NCBI GenBank assembly: GCA_000934665.2
Contig: KZ538804.1
Coordinates: 1-46,659 of the forward strand
DNA from: Catajapyx aquilonaris
Taxonomy: Eukaryota
Direction of reading: 5' to 3'
Length of the DNA stretch: 46,659 nt
A program made the translations under genes and the position numbers. The stretch's first letter is position 1. The number at the start of each line of letters is the position of its first letter. Under the pieces are notes generated by a model. That model was not told the origin of the DNA. It saw only the letters and a program-made list of their open reading frames with translations, and searched no databases. This document shows, piece after piece, positions 24,117-36,845 of this stretch.

Positions 24117-27100
24117 ATGCCCGCGCGCGACAATCGACAGCCAAGATCTTCCGTCTTATATACGTAGAAGAGAACGTCTCAAAGCGACCCTTCTTAAATT
24201 TTAAGAAAAACATTAGGCAAGACGTGGCGTTTATTATTTCTAGCCCTGCTAAGGCATGCGGGGTGAATACATCCTCTGAAGATGCTGCGTAGGTGGACCC
24301 ACCTGGCGTTTTCTTGAGAAGGGAACGGGGATGGCAAGGAACCAATTTTGAGAAGGGGGGGTATGCCTATAAGGTACGTGCTCGGATGGGCAAAGAGCGA
24401 ATTGAGTTCTTGGCGGTAAACAGGCTCGAGATGCCAAACACCTCGCTCCTTATTATTATCCCCCCATGGAACCAACATACCAAAGAAGAATGTTTTTCAC
24501 CCGAAGAAAATGGATCCAGATCAGTGTGTAATTGGAAGTTTCCTGCAACTTTTGTGTGAAAAGCGGACCCCCCTCTCTTTTGTGTGTGCATATACATGGA
24601 CGGGAGGAGATTAATGGCTAGACCCTGTGATTAATTTGGCGTGCACGTGACCCATAAGACGACCCTTACATCATCCCCCCCCCTCCCTCCGATCCAGTCT
24701 GGAGCAACAATGAGATGAATAGGATCCGGTGCGATGCGCTAATCGGAAGAGGAGTGGTGCTTGTCTTCATCAATTTGAAGCGGCCCCCCATCGAAAGAGC
24801 CCTTTCAAAGCCACGCCTTACCTAACACTTGGGTGTGGTTGCCACTTTTAAATCCACGAACCCTTTCTTTTGTGTGTGTGAGAGAGTCGAGGCAACTAAG
24901 GCCATTTGGACATTGCCATAAACAAAACCAACGCCATGTCCAGATGGCTGCCAACTAACTTTGAGCTCCCCCCCCCCCTCCTGTATACAAGCCTTGCCAA
25001 GTAGGTACGTGAAATGCATGCAAGCCAAGTGAGGGAGATCCAGCAAAGTCTCCTTCCTTCCTTCCTTCCTCTTGTGAGCCTTCTTGTTGGCACACCAATA
25101 AGCCCTGGAGACGTGTGCGGAGAGGCTTCCCGAGTCTGGCAGCGACTCCTCCAGACAAGTGACAGCACAAACCCGTCGAGGTCACCGCGGCTGCACTCAA
25201 ACCCCAACCAACGATCAAACGAGCACCTTAGAGTTGAAGCCATATACTAGCTTCCCTGATTTATTGCCTTAACACCAGATGGTTGCGATCCTTAATGACA
25301 CTCTACATTATGAAGGAGCCATGGGTCAAATTATTATACAAGTAATGATTTTATTACTATAATAACACACACACTTATCATTTTCATAATAGGCTTATTC
25401 TCTCCGTCGGATGTTTGTCCGACCTGATAGTACCGCTATCTCTCGCATGGCCTGAGAAGTGTGCAGAGGGAGGCGCCATCTATGCGCGAAGAATAATACT
25501 ACGTGGTAAATCGGCGGGCCATCTCATTAAAGTCATACTGTCATACTGGTTGTACGTTTTGCCTATAATAAACCAGGTTGAACACACCATCTTCGTTGCT
25601 TCAAGTCTAAATCGACGCACTTTCTCGTTGAATTATGTACAACGTGGCCTCAAACCCTGGTTCCGCAAAGTGCGGAGCTAAAAAGTTGGGACTATTTGCT
25701 CATCCTCCCTCAACCCCAGGCCAGCTTTAACTTTGGCATGAAACTGCAGTTTCGCAATTGCATAGCTTCAAAGGTGGGTCGTGCGGTGCAGTGATCGCGG
25801 AAAGAGGAGAAAAAGAGCCAGTGTTTTGCATATTGCGTGGTCTCAACTCCTGCTCATCATATGCAGATTTGGGCTTTAAAAGTTTCTCAGATATAATTCG
25901 TCAATCCCATTGATTAGGAAAACGGAGCATACAGAATGAACTTAACGACCGATTTATTTTTGAAAAAAACAATTATTCAGACGCATTAGCACAAATATCT
26001 TCGTACTGTTGAACCGAGCCGAGTTTAATAATTATCCAAGACAACCCATCAAGAGGATCAAAAGGGCAGCTCTCGAGAAAATTATTCTAACTCCTTTAAT
26101 TCCTCTTCTGATTAGATAGATGCATTTGATGCTCGGCAAGGAAACTACTCTAGCTAGTAGACCACGGTTTGCAGAGAGAAAAAAAATGAAAGAGGAAGCC
26201 TTTCAAAGCCCGGGTTTTAAGTTGATCGAAAGTTTGCAAAGCTGCTTTTAATAAGCTGACGGAAGAGGTAAGCTCAAAGCTCGTCCTCAAGTCCGGAATA
26301 CAAGAAGTATACAGCACTAAAAACCGGTCTTAAATATTTAAAAATGCACCCACCTTTTTTTGCAAAAACCGTCAGTTTTCCGCGAAAAGATTAAAAGACT
26401 CGGAGCGTTATATAGTTATTACGTTATCTATAGGAAGAGTGAATTAATCTCTTTTCCTCCGCACACGACGATCCTTTTTGTCTTCCGCAGCTTGTGGTAT
26501 AACTTCAAAGCTTCCAACAATATTTTTTTTTCAGGAACTAAACTTGTACACACTTTGCCAAAACTGGCGCCCGATTCTGTCACGCGACATTAATATGGAT
26601 TTCTAGGAACAATTCGGGTTGCGCAAGGGGAGCTTGTCGTGCTCCAAAAGTTTTTGGCAAAAGTCCTACCCGCCCCCTTCTTCTTTTTTTTTGCAATGTC
26701 CGTGAACCTGAGAGGCCAGATATCGCGACATGACATGCTGGGAAAGGTTGTCAAAACGTGGCAGGAATTGGGTTGTTGCAAGGTGTAATAGTTGGAGAGA
26801 TAAAATTCACGATTTTGTCACTTCTGATTAGATCTTAATATTGGAAGCTAATATTCCAGTGAATATTTTTTTTTTCTAAATATGTCCACAAAAAATGTAA
26901 GTTCATTTATAGGGCGTGATATTCTGTGGTTTCGCACACGCCCAACTTAACGTGAGAATATTATCGACCACACAGGCAGCTGCATGTAGGGCGTTGCCTT
27001 TCCTTAATTATGCTACGTACATGAACACACATGCATTAAAATATTTTCAACATTCTTCTCACGACTAGTTCTGTCGGATATTGTTTCGAGGGTATGATTT

Positions 27101-29243
27101 TTTTTTAAATATATTCCCGTCTCATAAGACTCGAATTTTTCCCAGGTGAAAATGTGACTCTGATCATTCAGTATTGCATGTCCTCTTATTTGCGTCATAA
27201 TGTTACTCTGATAATCCTATTACCCAGCGTGCATTACATCGCCTGCTATTGTTTGTGAAGGGCTTTGCACATGCAACTTTCTACTTGTGTCAACTTTGTA
27301 AAGCCATCTGACAACTACTGAACAACGGACTTGATTATGGCACAAGCCTTATACTGTTTTATCCAGTATCGTACATGTAGTCGAAAATTTAATTTTGCAA
27401 GGTTACATGTTTTTCAACATGTACGAAACAATGTCGTGCATGTTTTAAACCTTGCTTAATTAAAATACGTATATACACTAGTGAACCAATGCATTCTCAA
27501 AACACTTTTAAATGTTTCATGCTCAGCTGCCATTATTTAATTTTAATCACCAATTTTTGTTGGCAGAATGAATATTCTGTTCCTATACAGTATATACACA
27601 ATGCGCAACATTCCTTTTGTTATAGGAGAAAAAATTGGTTGAAACTTGGAATACTTTCTGTTTCGCGAAAGAATTTCTTTTAAGCTAACCCATAATTTCG
27701 TTTTCAACAAAACTTTTTTTTTCTTATAAAAGTTGCATGAAAAGACATGGTACAGGCTAAATCTTTCATTCAGTTATAAAGCACAGAAGAAGCGCATAAA
27801 GATATTATAACCAGTGTAAATAATTACCTAGAGTCACATCAGCTATTGTCATTTTGCTCCTTTTCATTAGAACTCAGTGTACAGTAAATTATTACCTAAA
27901 CGCGATCGTAATATGCCTAATAATAGCGAATATTTTACTAACAGGATATTACTATTGTAAATTGAAACTAAAAATATGTTTTAAGGTCTTGCTTCAACCA
28001 ATACGTGGCAGACATCATTTACCTTCAACTTTGTCAATTATCATCTCCCTGTTAGGTGATCCGGAAAAATTGCGGACTCAAGCTGTATGTCCGGCAGCGA
28101 ATTTTTGCATCCCAAAAATTATCTAATCGGCTTTTAATTTTCGTGTCAGCGCCCCTGTAGGCAGGGCTCGTCACTGACGCTTCTCATCGGACTCGAAAAA
28201 AAAATTTTAATTAATATTCATGACTCCAACATGGAGATGAGACCCCCCGAAGCGAAAGAGATATCGGGGCGGTGCTTGGTGACTGGCGTCGTCGGCGTCG
28301 GACCAAGCCCACATTACGGCGCTTTTGCGGGGCCCCGACGCACAATCAGCATAATGTCCAAAGTCATGTCCCTCCTTGGGGTTGTACCCGCAGCCAGTCC
28401 CACCAAAATATCCAGGGGTTCCCAGTTGCCCAGAACCGCAGGCATTAGCATGGCAGCTAGCGGCACACTAAGGTGTGATACACAAAACCCAGAATAATCG
28501 CGACAGTTACTGAAGCTCCGTTTACGAGGCCAGCCCCCAGATTATACTGCGGGGCTAACAAAATCCGCATGCTGATGGAGAAATTCGCACAGGGTGAGGA
28601 ATACTCGCTGTACTGTAACATATATATGCGAATGGGACTTGTTACAACCTGCTGGGCATAATCTGCTCAAACACTTTTCAAGCAATTAATCTTTGACCAG
28701 CATTGCACCGTCGAGGCAACCCAAATTTTCGCACACATTTTTTTTTTTGGAAGGTTCCAATGTGCGTTCATTAAGCCCGATCAATCTTCATTACAGGATT
28801 TGCAGCTCGCAACTTTGCGGCTCGAAAACGATGGATTCTGACAGCGTAATAATTGCGCTTCCCAGTATTTGTAATGTCTGAATTTTGCGCGCGGTGCGAA
28901 TTTGTAACGGGCTCCCAGTTTTTCGAAAAATCGTGTCAGTCCCAGTTATTTTGGTCCGGGCCATCCTTTGTTATGCAAAAAAAACTAGGGCTTCCAACAA
29001 ACACACAAAAAAATGCGCATTCCTGTCCCTTTGATGCGTTTTCACACACACACAAAAAGAGAGTCAGAATTGGATATTGCTCCGTGTTGCATACAGCTCT
29101 CGATCATATCGCGAAAATGACTGTCCCATTGCATAAGCACAAACATTCTCTGGACATACGCAAAATGTGGACTGGTTATGAAGCGGAATTTTCGTGTACT
29201 GAACATGATACGTACAAACAACGAACGGTTGGTACACATGCGC

Positions 29244-29956
29244 CTACTTTTTGATCGTGACTGTACACGGATTACATTTTTCGACATAGTAATCAGAGTA
29301 CTTGCTCCCCTAGGTACATAACAGTGAAACCGGGAGGTGTAACCGCGGATTTATAGTAATCTTCCATGAAGCTGTATTCTGATGGTGAATGTGACTTTCA
29401 CGGTTCAAAGGACTCCTGGACAATATTACAGGCGGATGGAGTATACAGTAAACCCTCCCATTGTAATTTTCTATAGTACTGTAGAAGATTAATCTGGGGA
29501 GTCCTACACTGTATGCTGGCATGCACATTGTTTGCATGCAACCCGCCGGCTGCTGCTTCTCGTTACAAACTTTTGGAGAGAGCTCTAAGATGATTGCAGA
29601 ACATATACAAGTACATAAGCAGTTCGTCCAGTAGGTCCAGTAAGAATGTGCCGTACTGTCTGGATGAAAAATATGACCAGGAGTCATTGAAAGAAGAACG
29701 GGTCGAAGATGCAAAATTGATGGCCGTTGAGGGAGTCATTTCCGTGGATTTGGCGGAGCGGGGAATATCACAGATAAAGCACATCGATTCTCTCTTGGAG
29801 TGTGGGCAACCTGAAACGTCAATGCCAGCATAACAGATCGATCCTTTAGACGCCTTAACACGGACGTTTAGTCACTTCCCATGCCAACACCAAAGCCGCA
29901 GTGAAGGCGTAGCAATTCAGCGATTCATTTCCGAGGCCCCTGAAGTCATCCGACAT
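29244..29956 (-). pseudogene. Degenerate ubiquitin-specific protease (peptidase C19)-like coding relic
   Basis: Hand translation gives colinear minus-strand fragments in shifting frames: MSDDFRGLGNESLNCYAFTAALVL (Cys-box-like GLxNxxxxCY, Cys codon 29914-29912); ...GCPHSKRESMCFICDI...FSSRQYGTFLLDLLDELL (like the QxDAxEFLxxLLDxL box); LQKF..SRRVACKQC (fingers CxxC); and weakly DYYVEKCNPC. Frameshifts and stops are present and there is no convincing His-box. Recognised by eye only. Confidence 0.45.
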
Positions 29957-30214
29957 TGGATTGTCTCCTCCTCAAGATTATATCTTCGTTCCCGATGATG
30001 AGACCTTCCCTTCGCGCCAATATGGCCAACAGCTGTTGGCTGATTCCAATCCGAGCAGCCTTCCCCTTCAGACTAGCTCCTTTTACTCATTACGGGCCTT
30101 CTTCTGTGCCCAACCTAATCTACAGATGTCTCATTAGGGAGGGGAGGCCGCCACAAAGGAGTTATAACCTTGGATGGTTGTCACACATGGCAGAGGTAAG
30201 CCACAAAGTAATGA

Positions 30215-30540
30215 TAGGTTAGGTTAGGTTAGGTTATAATAGGTTAGGTTAGGTTAGAATGGGTTAGAATAAGTTAGGTTAGGTTAAATCAGGAACGGTA
30301 TACCTTACCTTACCTGATCTGACCTAACCTAACCTAATAAGGTTAGGTTAGGTTAAATCAGGCACGGTATACCTTACCTGACCTAACCTAATAAGGTTAG
30401 GTTAGGTTAGGTTAGAATAGGTTAGAATAGGTTAGGTTAGGTTAGAATAGGTTATGTTAAATCAGGAACGGTATACCTAACCTAACCTAATAAGGTTAGG
30501 TTAGGTTAAATATGTTACATCAGGTTTGGATAGGTTAAGG
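30215..30540. repeat. Interstitial (TTAGG)n/(CCTAA)n telomere-like array with repeated inversion junctions
   Basis: TTAGG pentamers with TTAGA/ATAGG variants. Orientation flips three times at AAATCAGG(A/C)ACGGTATACC (30286-30304, 30355-30373, 30459-30477) and flips back at CCTAATAAGG. Confidence 0.93.
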
Positions 30541-32018
30541 TGGCATGTAAATGAGCCTGACTGACTATATATATTTCAGTGAGTGTTAGCAAGATGCCAA
30601 GAGGATAAACGACTTCATAACTAGCCTGGAGGCGCCGAGATTATCGGGGGGCTTTTATTTTGCGCTGGTTCCGGTTACCTTTTCCCAGGATAGGGTTTGA
30701 TGGACGGATGGAAATCGCATTGGGGTCGTTCATGTTTTTATCATTTCTGATGCTATTTTCGACCCGCCTCACTTTTTATTATCTGGGTGGCGGATTGTTG
30801 ATAGTGTCAAACGGACTGACGTGAGGCGAAAAATACTGATACACGGACCTACAAGGGTGTAACATGCGTCCGGAATGTCAACGTGTCTGTGTGTACTTCT
30901 TGTAATATAATTGGATTAATGTGTCATGCACAATGCGTAAAAATTATGCAAGCTTCTCCGATAAGTTTCCTTATAGTAAAAATGTGCCAATATCAGAAAC
31001 GGTAACCGTGCTGCTGTTTCATTCCGGAAAATTCAGTAGAATAGCAAGTCCTTTGATGTCCGCCACTGAACAACAATGCAGATAACTAAGGCTAAGGTAC
31101 CGTATATTGCATCTCTAGAATTTCAATAAAACATGTTTGCTGCTCATGTCCTCGTGTCGTATATAGATTTAACTTTTGCTATTCTAGCACACATGTAATT
31201 CCACATCCGAATGGCCAGCACACCAGATCCTAATCAAGCATCAGCCCGCAAGACTTTGTCTGCTGCCTGCTGGACCAGGCCCCTCACAAAAAGTATCCGG
31301 TTTTGTCCCCAAAATGCATTTTGTGCCCTATTCATCAAGCATGCTAAACTGCAAGTGGAAGCGAAGGGCCCGTGGATCCGGCAACAAAAGTGGTCTAATA
31401 TATCTCCACCGGGGATAGATAGTGGGTCCGGTTTTTGGAGCCATCCAGCAGCCCAGCCAGCAGAGCACACACAAGCCCTGCTATGGCTCGATAGCATCTG
31501 TCAACGGGCTCTAATGGAGGTAAACTCCTTTGACGTCTTCAACAGGCAGGGCGGGCGACGTCGGCGGGGACCCGGATTAAATCATAATCCCCTTACACCC
31601 TGTACTCGTCCTGGGCGAAAAAAATTACGATGACATCCACGGTTAGATACCGAGCCTGCCACATTTTTGTCATGCTGCCCGTGCCAACTGCGGTTATGCG
31701 CTGTTAACATAGATAATCCCCTCGGTACGCATATAAACGCCGCATGAGAAATAGGACCCAGGGTTTTTGCAGGGAATGATTAGGACCTTGCTTTTTTATT
31801 ATTATTCCGTGGTATCGCTGGCAAAGAACGTGGCTGCGATTTGGAATAAGAGCAGGGGAGCTTTTTTGGCATGCAAAAAATAGGTGGAAGGGAGAGAGAG
31901 AGGCTCGTGGGGGTGATAAAGCCCTCCTCCCAAGAAGGAGCTGCTGCAAAAGGTCGGGGGATATAAAAGGTGATAAGGGGATGAAAAATGCCTGGTGGCC
32001 CAAGGAGCACGCAAAATA

Positions 32019-32778
32019 CAGGGTGAGTCTGAGCAGGTCTCAACCGAGGGGCATATGTCTCCCAGGGAGAAGAATTTTGTGCTCATACCAAAAAAGGTTC
32101 ATACAATATTCCAGTGACAATAATCATAATATCGGGTGGGATTGTCGTCCCACTACTATAGTTAGCAATAACTACTAACTAGCAGTGGGACGAAAATTCC
32201 ACCCATTCTTTTTAAGAAAATAAATATTGCGACTATGCTGGGCACTCGAGCCACTGGGCGAAAATGAGGTGGTAAAAGCTAGGGTACTGGCAAAATTAAA
32301 ATATTTTCGCACGACATTTTCGCCAATGGCAAACAGGGATTTTAGCGCTTAATTCGCTCCGGTGAAAATCGGGCATAAGGGACCTGTAAATTCGACCCAA
32401 TTCTCCTGGGAAACTTTTGCTCTCGCTTTCGATGAACACCTTCATACATATGGATTCCCCTTTTGGGTTGCCTGGAATGTCCTAAGCCTCTGAGTTGGAT
32501 TTATTCGTGTTTAAAAGATAATATTGCTGAATAACTGAATTAGTTTAGCAGCTTTTGTTTCAAACGAACTGAAGATTTCCTAATAATTGTATTTCAACAA
32601 TCCGTACAGTAAAAGTTCAGCCGCTGGCTACAATTATTTACTAACTATTTATAATATTGTACAATTAGAGAGTGAATCTCATTAGTTGGTGACTTCCTGT
32701 AAATCATGTGTCTCCTAGATAAAAATAAACAAATCACATTCAGAGTCTGAAGTTGTAAGGACGACCTGCCTCACCCTG
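32019..32778. mobile_element. Putative old TA-flanked CAGGGTG-type non-autonomous element (~760 bp)
   Basis: Left end TA|CAGGGTGAG[TCTGA]GCAGGTC; right end reverse complement TA|CAGGGTGAGGCAGGTC. The two match over 16 nt with one 5-nt indel, both with TA. No coding capacity inside. Confidence 0.45.
32134..32204. repeat. 71-bp imperfect inverted repeat (hairpin)
   Basis: GGGTGGGATTGTCGTCCCACTACTATAGTTAG (32134-32165) pairs with CTAACTAGCAGTGGGACGAAAATTCCACCC (32175-32204) around a 9-nt loop. Confidence 0.85.
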
Positions 32779-35700
32779 TAGTACTCTCTCTTGCGAGCCA
32801 AGAATGTAGTGTGAATAAGAAACAAAGTTTGTCCAGCTCAAGTCAAGTGCAGGAAGCACTCGAGGGTATTAATACCACCGTGGGCCAGTTGGAACTTTGG
32901 GGGTGGGTGGTAAGGAGGGTTAAAAGGAGGAGGGTTGTGCTTGAAGCTTTTTCTTTTCTTCTTTTTCTCTCTCTCTCTCTCTCCTTAGGACAATCTTTCC
33001 AGCACTTCTTCCTGACTCGCTCCTGGCATCGAGCTAGGAAGTGCTGATGCGTTAAGTTGGAAGAGGAAGCGGATTGCGTTGCTTGCCCCTCCTCAAATGA
33101 AGCCACTAGTGTTGAGAAAGAGGGAAAAAGAAAGAAGAATCCAAGTGATTTTCCAAGAGGCCTCAACTTGCTGGCTGCTCCCCAAAGTCCTTCGCCAATC
33201 CGAGAAAATCTGCCCGAAAGCAGAGGCAGGGATTCGATTTCCTAACAAAACTTTCGGCCCTGTTCTTAATCGTCTGGCTAATCCCTAGTTAGACACTGGT
33301 TTTGTGCGATATGACCATTTTGGATTTTCCTTCAAATTCTCACTGCATTGTTTGTTGGAAGCAGCAATTATGGCAATGGTTGGTGTTTCTTCTCCTTGAA
33401 GTGGTTTCTGACCTAAACAATTCCATGATTTGGACTAGTGCGCTTCAGCAGAGTGTAGCTTGGAGCATGTCCTGCGGGGCCAGGCTACCCAGCAAAACAG
33501 TTATTAGTTGGAAGGACTAGTGCATTTTCCGGTGTAGGCCATGCGTGATGCCGGACAGTTAATTTGGCGAAACTGCAAACACACACAAAATGAGCCTCGT
33601 ATAGTTGTATAGTTTGTTTTATGAAATGACGGGCGTACACAGCTCGGGTTCAAAGGAGGAGAAGGGCAGTTGGCCAAAGGGACGCTCAGGCCCTTAGGGC
33701 CACAGTCTGTTGTCGCGGTGATTTTATTTCGCTCTTGAATTATGCATGCAGAATATACATCCAGAGAAATTGGGAAGCAAAAGCTAACAGACAGGCAGAA
33801 CTACAAACAAGCCTCCGGTACGACCAGTAACTGTACTACTGAGTACGCTAGAGTGTCAGGAAAGTAGCTCAGAATATTTTTATGAGTGACAATGTGCGTG
33901 GTAAGGTGTCGACATGGAGGTGTGATCCTTCTGTTATTCCCGCCCCGTCAGATTTGGGTGGTCGGTTGATCCTAGAGATGAGATGAGAGGCGCCATCCCC
34001 TTTGACAAGAGTCCCCGGGAACAGATCTACCCTCCGGTAATCCGGCGTGGAATTTGCGTGGTCGGGTGCTCTTCTACCCCCCTGACGAAAATCCGTTTGG
34101 ACGACTGCGGATGCTGGTCGCACGGGTTAGTATCCAGGAAGCTTCAAATCCGATTACGGATGTTACCAAAGGAACAGTCGGTCAGTCCCTCACCATACCC
34201 TCAAAGGGTGATTCAGACAAGAAAAACGCACGCGCTTCATTTTTTTTCCCACCAGGTTTCAAACGAGGCGATGGAAGTGTCGCAGGCTGTATCCTCTTCA
34301 TCCGGGGGCATTACTATTTAAAGGCTGGGAATAAACCGGTTCCAGCATCAGCCTGAGATTGACATCTCGACTGGAATGGCGACGCTCGCGTCCCCCAACC
34401 AAAAAAAGAGCGTCAAAGCTCCAAAAACTTAACGGTCTAGCGCCCGGATCTTAATGGGTGCCCGTAAAATTCATTAGTTGGGGAATGAATCCGACTTTTG
34501 TTGCCAATAAAAATGAGCCGTCTGAGAGTGCCTCCAACCCCCCACCTCCCCACACCCTAATAAGTTCCTTCTCAGGCAGTGGGTCGCTCTTACAAGGACA
34601 TAAAAAGCGCTCAAAAAGGCATACGGGCGATGAAGTATCGCCAGATACTCGCTTTCAAAAAAAATTGTTAAAAAGAAAAAGTTATTGAACGTCCGGAATA
34701 GTCTATTCCGGAGCTTTGTCACGACTGACGAACGATCCCTGGGAGGTGACTCTAAGAATTATCTCCGACGTTTATTACCGAATGGGAAAGAACTTTCTTA
34801 GACAACAATGGCACCTAACCCCTTCCCCCTCCTCTTCTAATCTGCATTTGGATAAGACAGCTCGGCGGCATTTTGGCAATATTGGCCCGTCAACCTTCGC
34901 CGCCTTTATCGATTCCTCTTTCCGGGGGCCTGTCTCCCCGGATTCTTAACGGGGTATGCCTCCGAAAAACCCTCCGACACAAAATATGATCCTACTTACA
35001 GTCGGGCTCGGCAGTGTTTCTCTTTTTGCTCGCTCTGCCGCCACAAAACTGACTCCAATCAACAGTTGGCTTACCTGTGGAAGAGAATACAAATGGTGGT
35101 TATTCCAAAGACACGGCATTAACACATTTTATCAGCTGGCATCATTACACGTCCATTGTTTAGGAAAGGCGATTCATTAGGGGCTCGGGATGACACTAAA
35201 TGGTTTTATCCGCCATATACGGGGAGCCAAACGGGTTGGCGCAACGCGCATGGGCAGTAAACCAGATGGAAATAAGGCTCGTCCAGTCCATGACGATAAA
35301 GTAGCTGAGTATATACTGTGAAGATTTTTTTTTTCTCCGCTCTTACTAGCCGCTTTGATGCGACCGAGCCTTTAGGCCAAAACGGTGCAAATGAATTCGC
35401 AAGGAGATTTGGGCTGGCAGGCCTACAAGCCCCGGTACAGTTGGTGCGCCCCTCCCTTGAAAGGCTGTCACATCCAGATCCAATCGCGTCAAGAGTGCTC
35501 CCTGGAAAGCTCCTTCTGTCGCAAATCCACCTGCAATCCTTCCACCCCCCTTCCCTATGCTACACCACTGCCTACCTCTGCCCTCTATGCCTTTCCCCCA
35601 GCAGACCCTCGCCTGTATCTTCCCACGAAAGCGATGCATTATTCATGCATGTAATTCCCCAGCACAGGGCCGTATGTAAGTGGCAGCAGCCCTCTCTTCC

Positions 35701-35814
35701 TCGCTCCACTGGGAGAGGAGCCAGTCCGAATTTGTTTATCGGACGTCTTAAGAACTATTCCCCTGCGCCCTAACGCGCCACAAAAAAAAAAACGGGCCCA
35801 TGTTTGGTCAAAGT

Positions 35815-36845
35815 GGAAAAACTGCTATTTTGCTATCAGCTATCGCCGCTACTGCGGGTCAAAAATAGCCACGTTTAGGAACCGCTATTTTCGATCACAG
35901 CGATCGCTGTTACTGGGAGCCAAATGTATCAGTGATTACCAGGAGTGCTGTTGGTAATAGCAGTTGTGGCAAGCTGGTTGTTCATTTGGGTAATTAACTC
36001 GTCATATGCTTACACAGTGATCGCTGTTGTTGTGGGTCAAAAGTAGCAGTGATTAGGAATATAAGGTCATATTTGTTAATATCGATCGATGGTACTCGGG
36101 ATCAAATGTAGCAGTGATCACCATGCAGGAGAGACAATGGTAATAGCAGTGATCGCTGCTGTTGCGGATGAAAAGCAGCTTGGCTAACCGTGATCACTGA
36201 TTCTGGTGTGTCAAATATACCAATGATTGGGAACTGCTATTTTTGCTAACACGATTGCTGTTACTGGGCGTCAAATGTAGCGGTATTTGTAATAGCAGTG
36301 ATCAGTAACTGTTGTTTGACTAATCGTGGTCACTGCTACAGAGGTGTCAATTATAGCCGTGATGACCAGAAGTGCTATTTGTAGCAGTGATCGCTACTGT
36401 TGCGGGTCAAAAGTAGCAGTGATCACGGCTACTTTTCACCGGAAACAGCAGCGATCAGTGTTTGGCTAGCCGTGATCTTTGCTACTGAGGTGTCGAATAT
36501 AGCAATAATTAGGAACTGCTATTTTTATAACAGTGATTGCTATTACTGGGGGTCAAATGTAGCAGTGATCAAGAGTGCTATTTGAATTAGCAGTGATAGT
36601 TGCTGATGCGGGCCAAAAGTAGCAGTGATCCCTGCTACTGAGGTGTCGAATATAGCAAAAATTAGAAACTGCTATTTTATGACAGTGATTGCTATTACTG
36701 GGGGTCATATGTAGCAGTGATCAAGAGTGCTATTTGAATTAGCAGTGATCGTTGCTGATGCGGATCAAAAGTAGCAGTGATCCCTGCTACTGTGGGGTCA
36801 AATCTATCTGTGATCCGTAACTGCTATTTTTACTAACGGCGATTA
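35815..36845. repeat. Complex tandem repeat (TAGCAGTGATC / GGGTCAAA / CTGCTATTT subunits) with a ~153-bp higher-order unit
   Basis: AGCAGTGATC recurs about every 25-35 bp. GCTACTGAGGTGTCGAATATAGCAA starts at 36481 and at 36634, followed by near-identical blocks. Confidence 0.9.

Noticed and set aside
29594..29833. Plus-strand ORF (QNIYKYISS...) after a TTGCAG acceptor-like site, and a downstream FPCQHQ resembling a transposase motif
   Set aside because: No polypyrimidine tract and no recognisable domain. Better explained as the antisense shadow of the minus-strand USP-like frame; the FPC match is only three residues.
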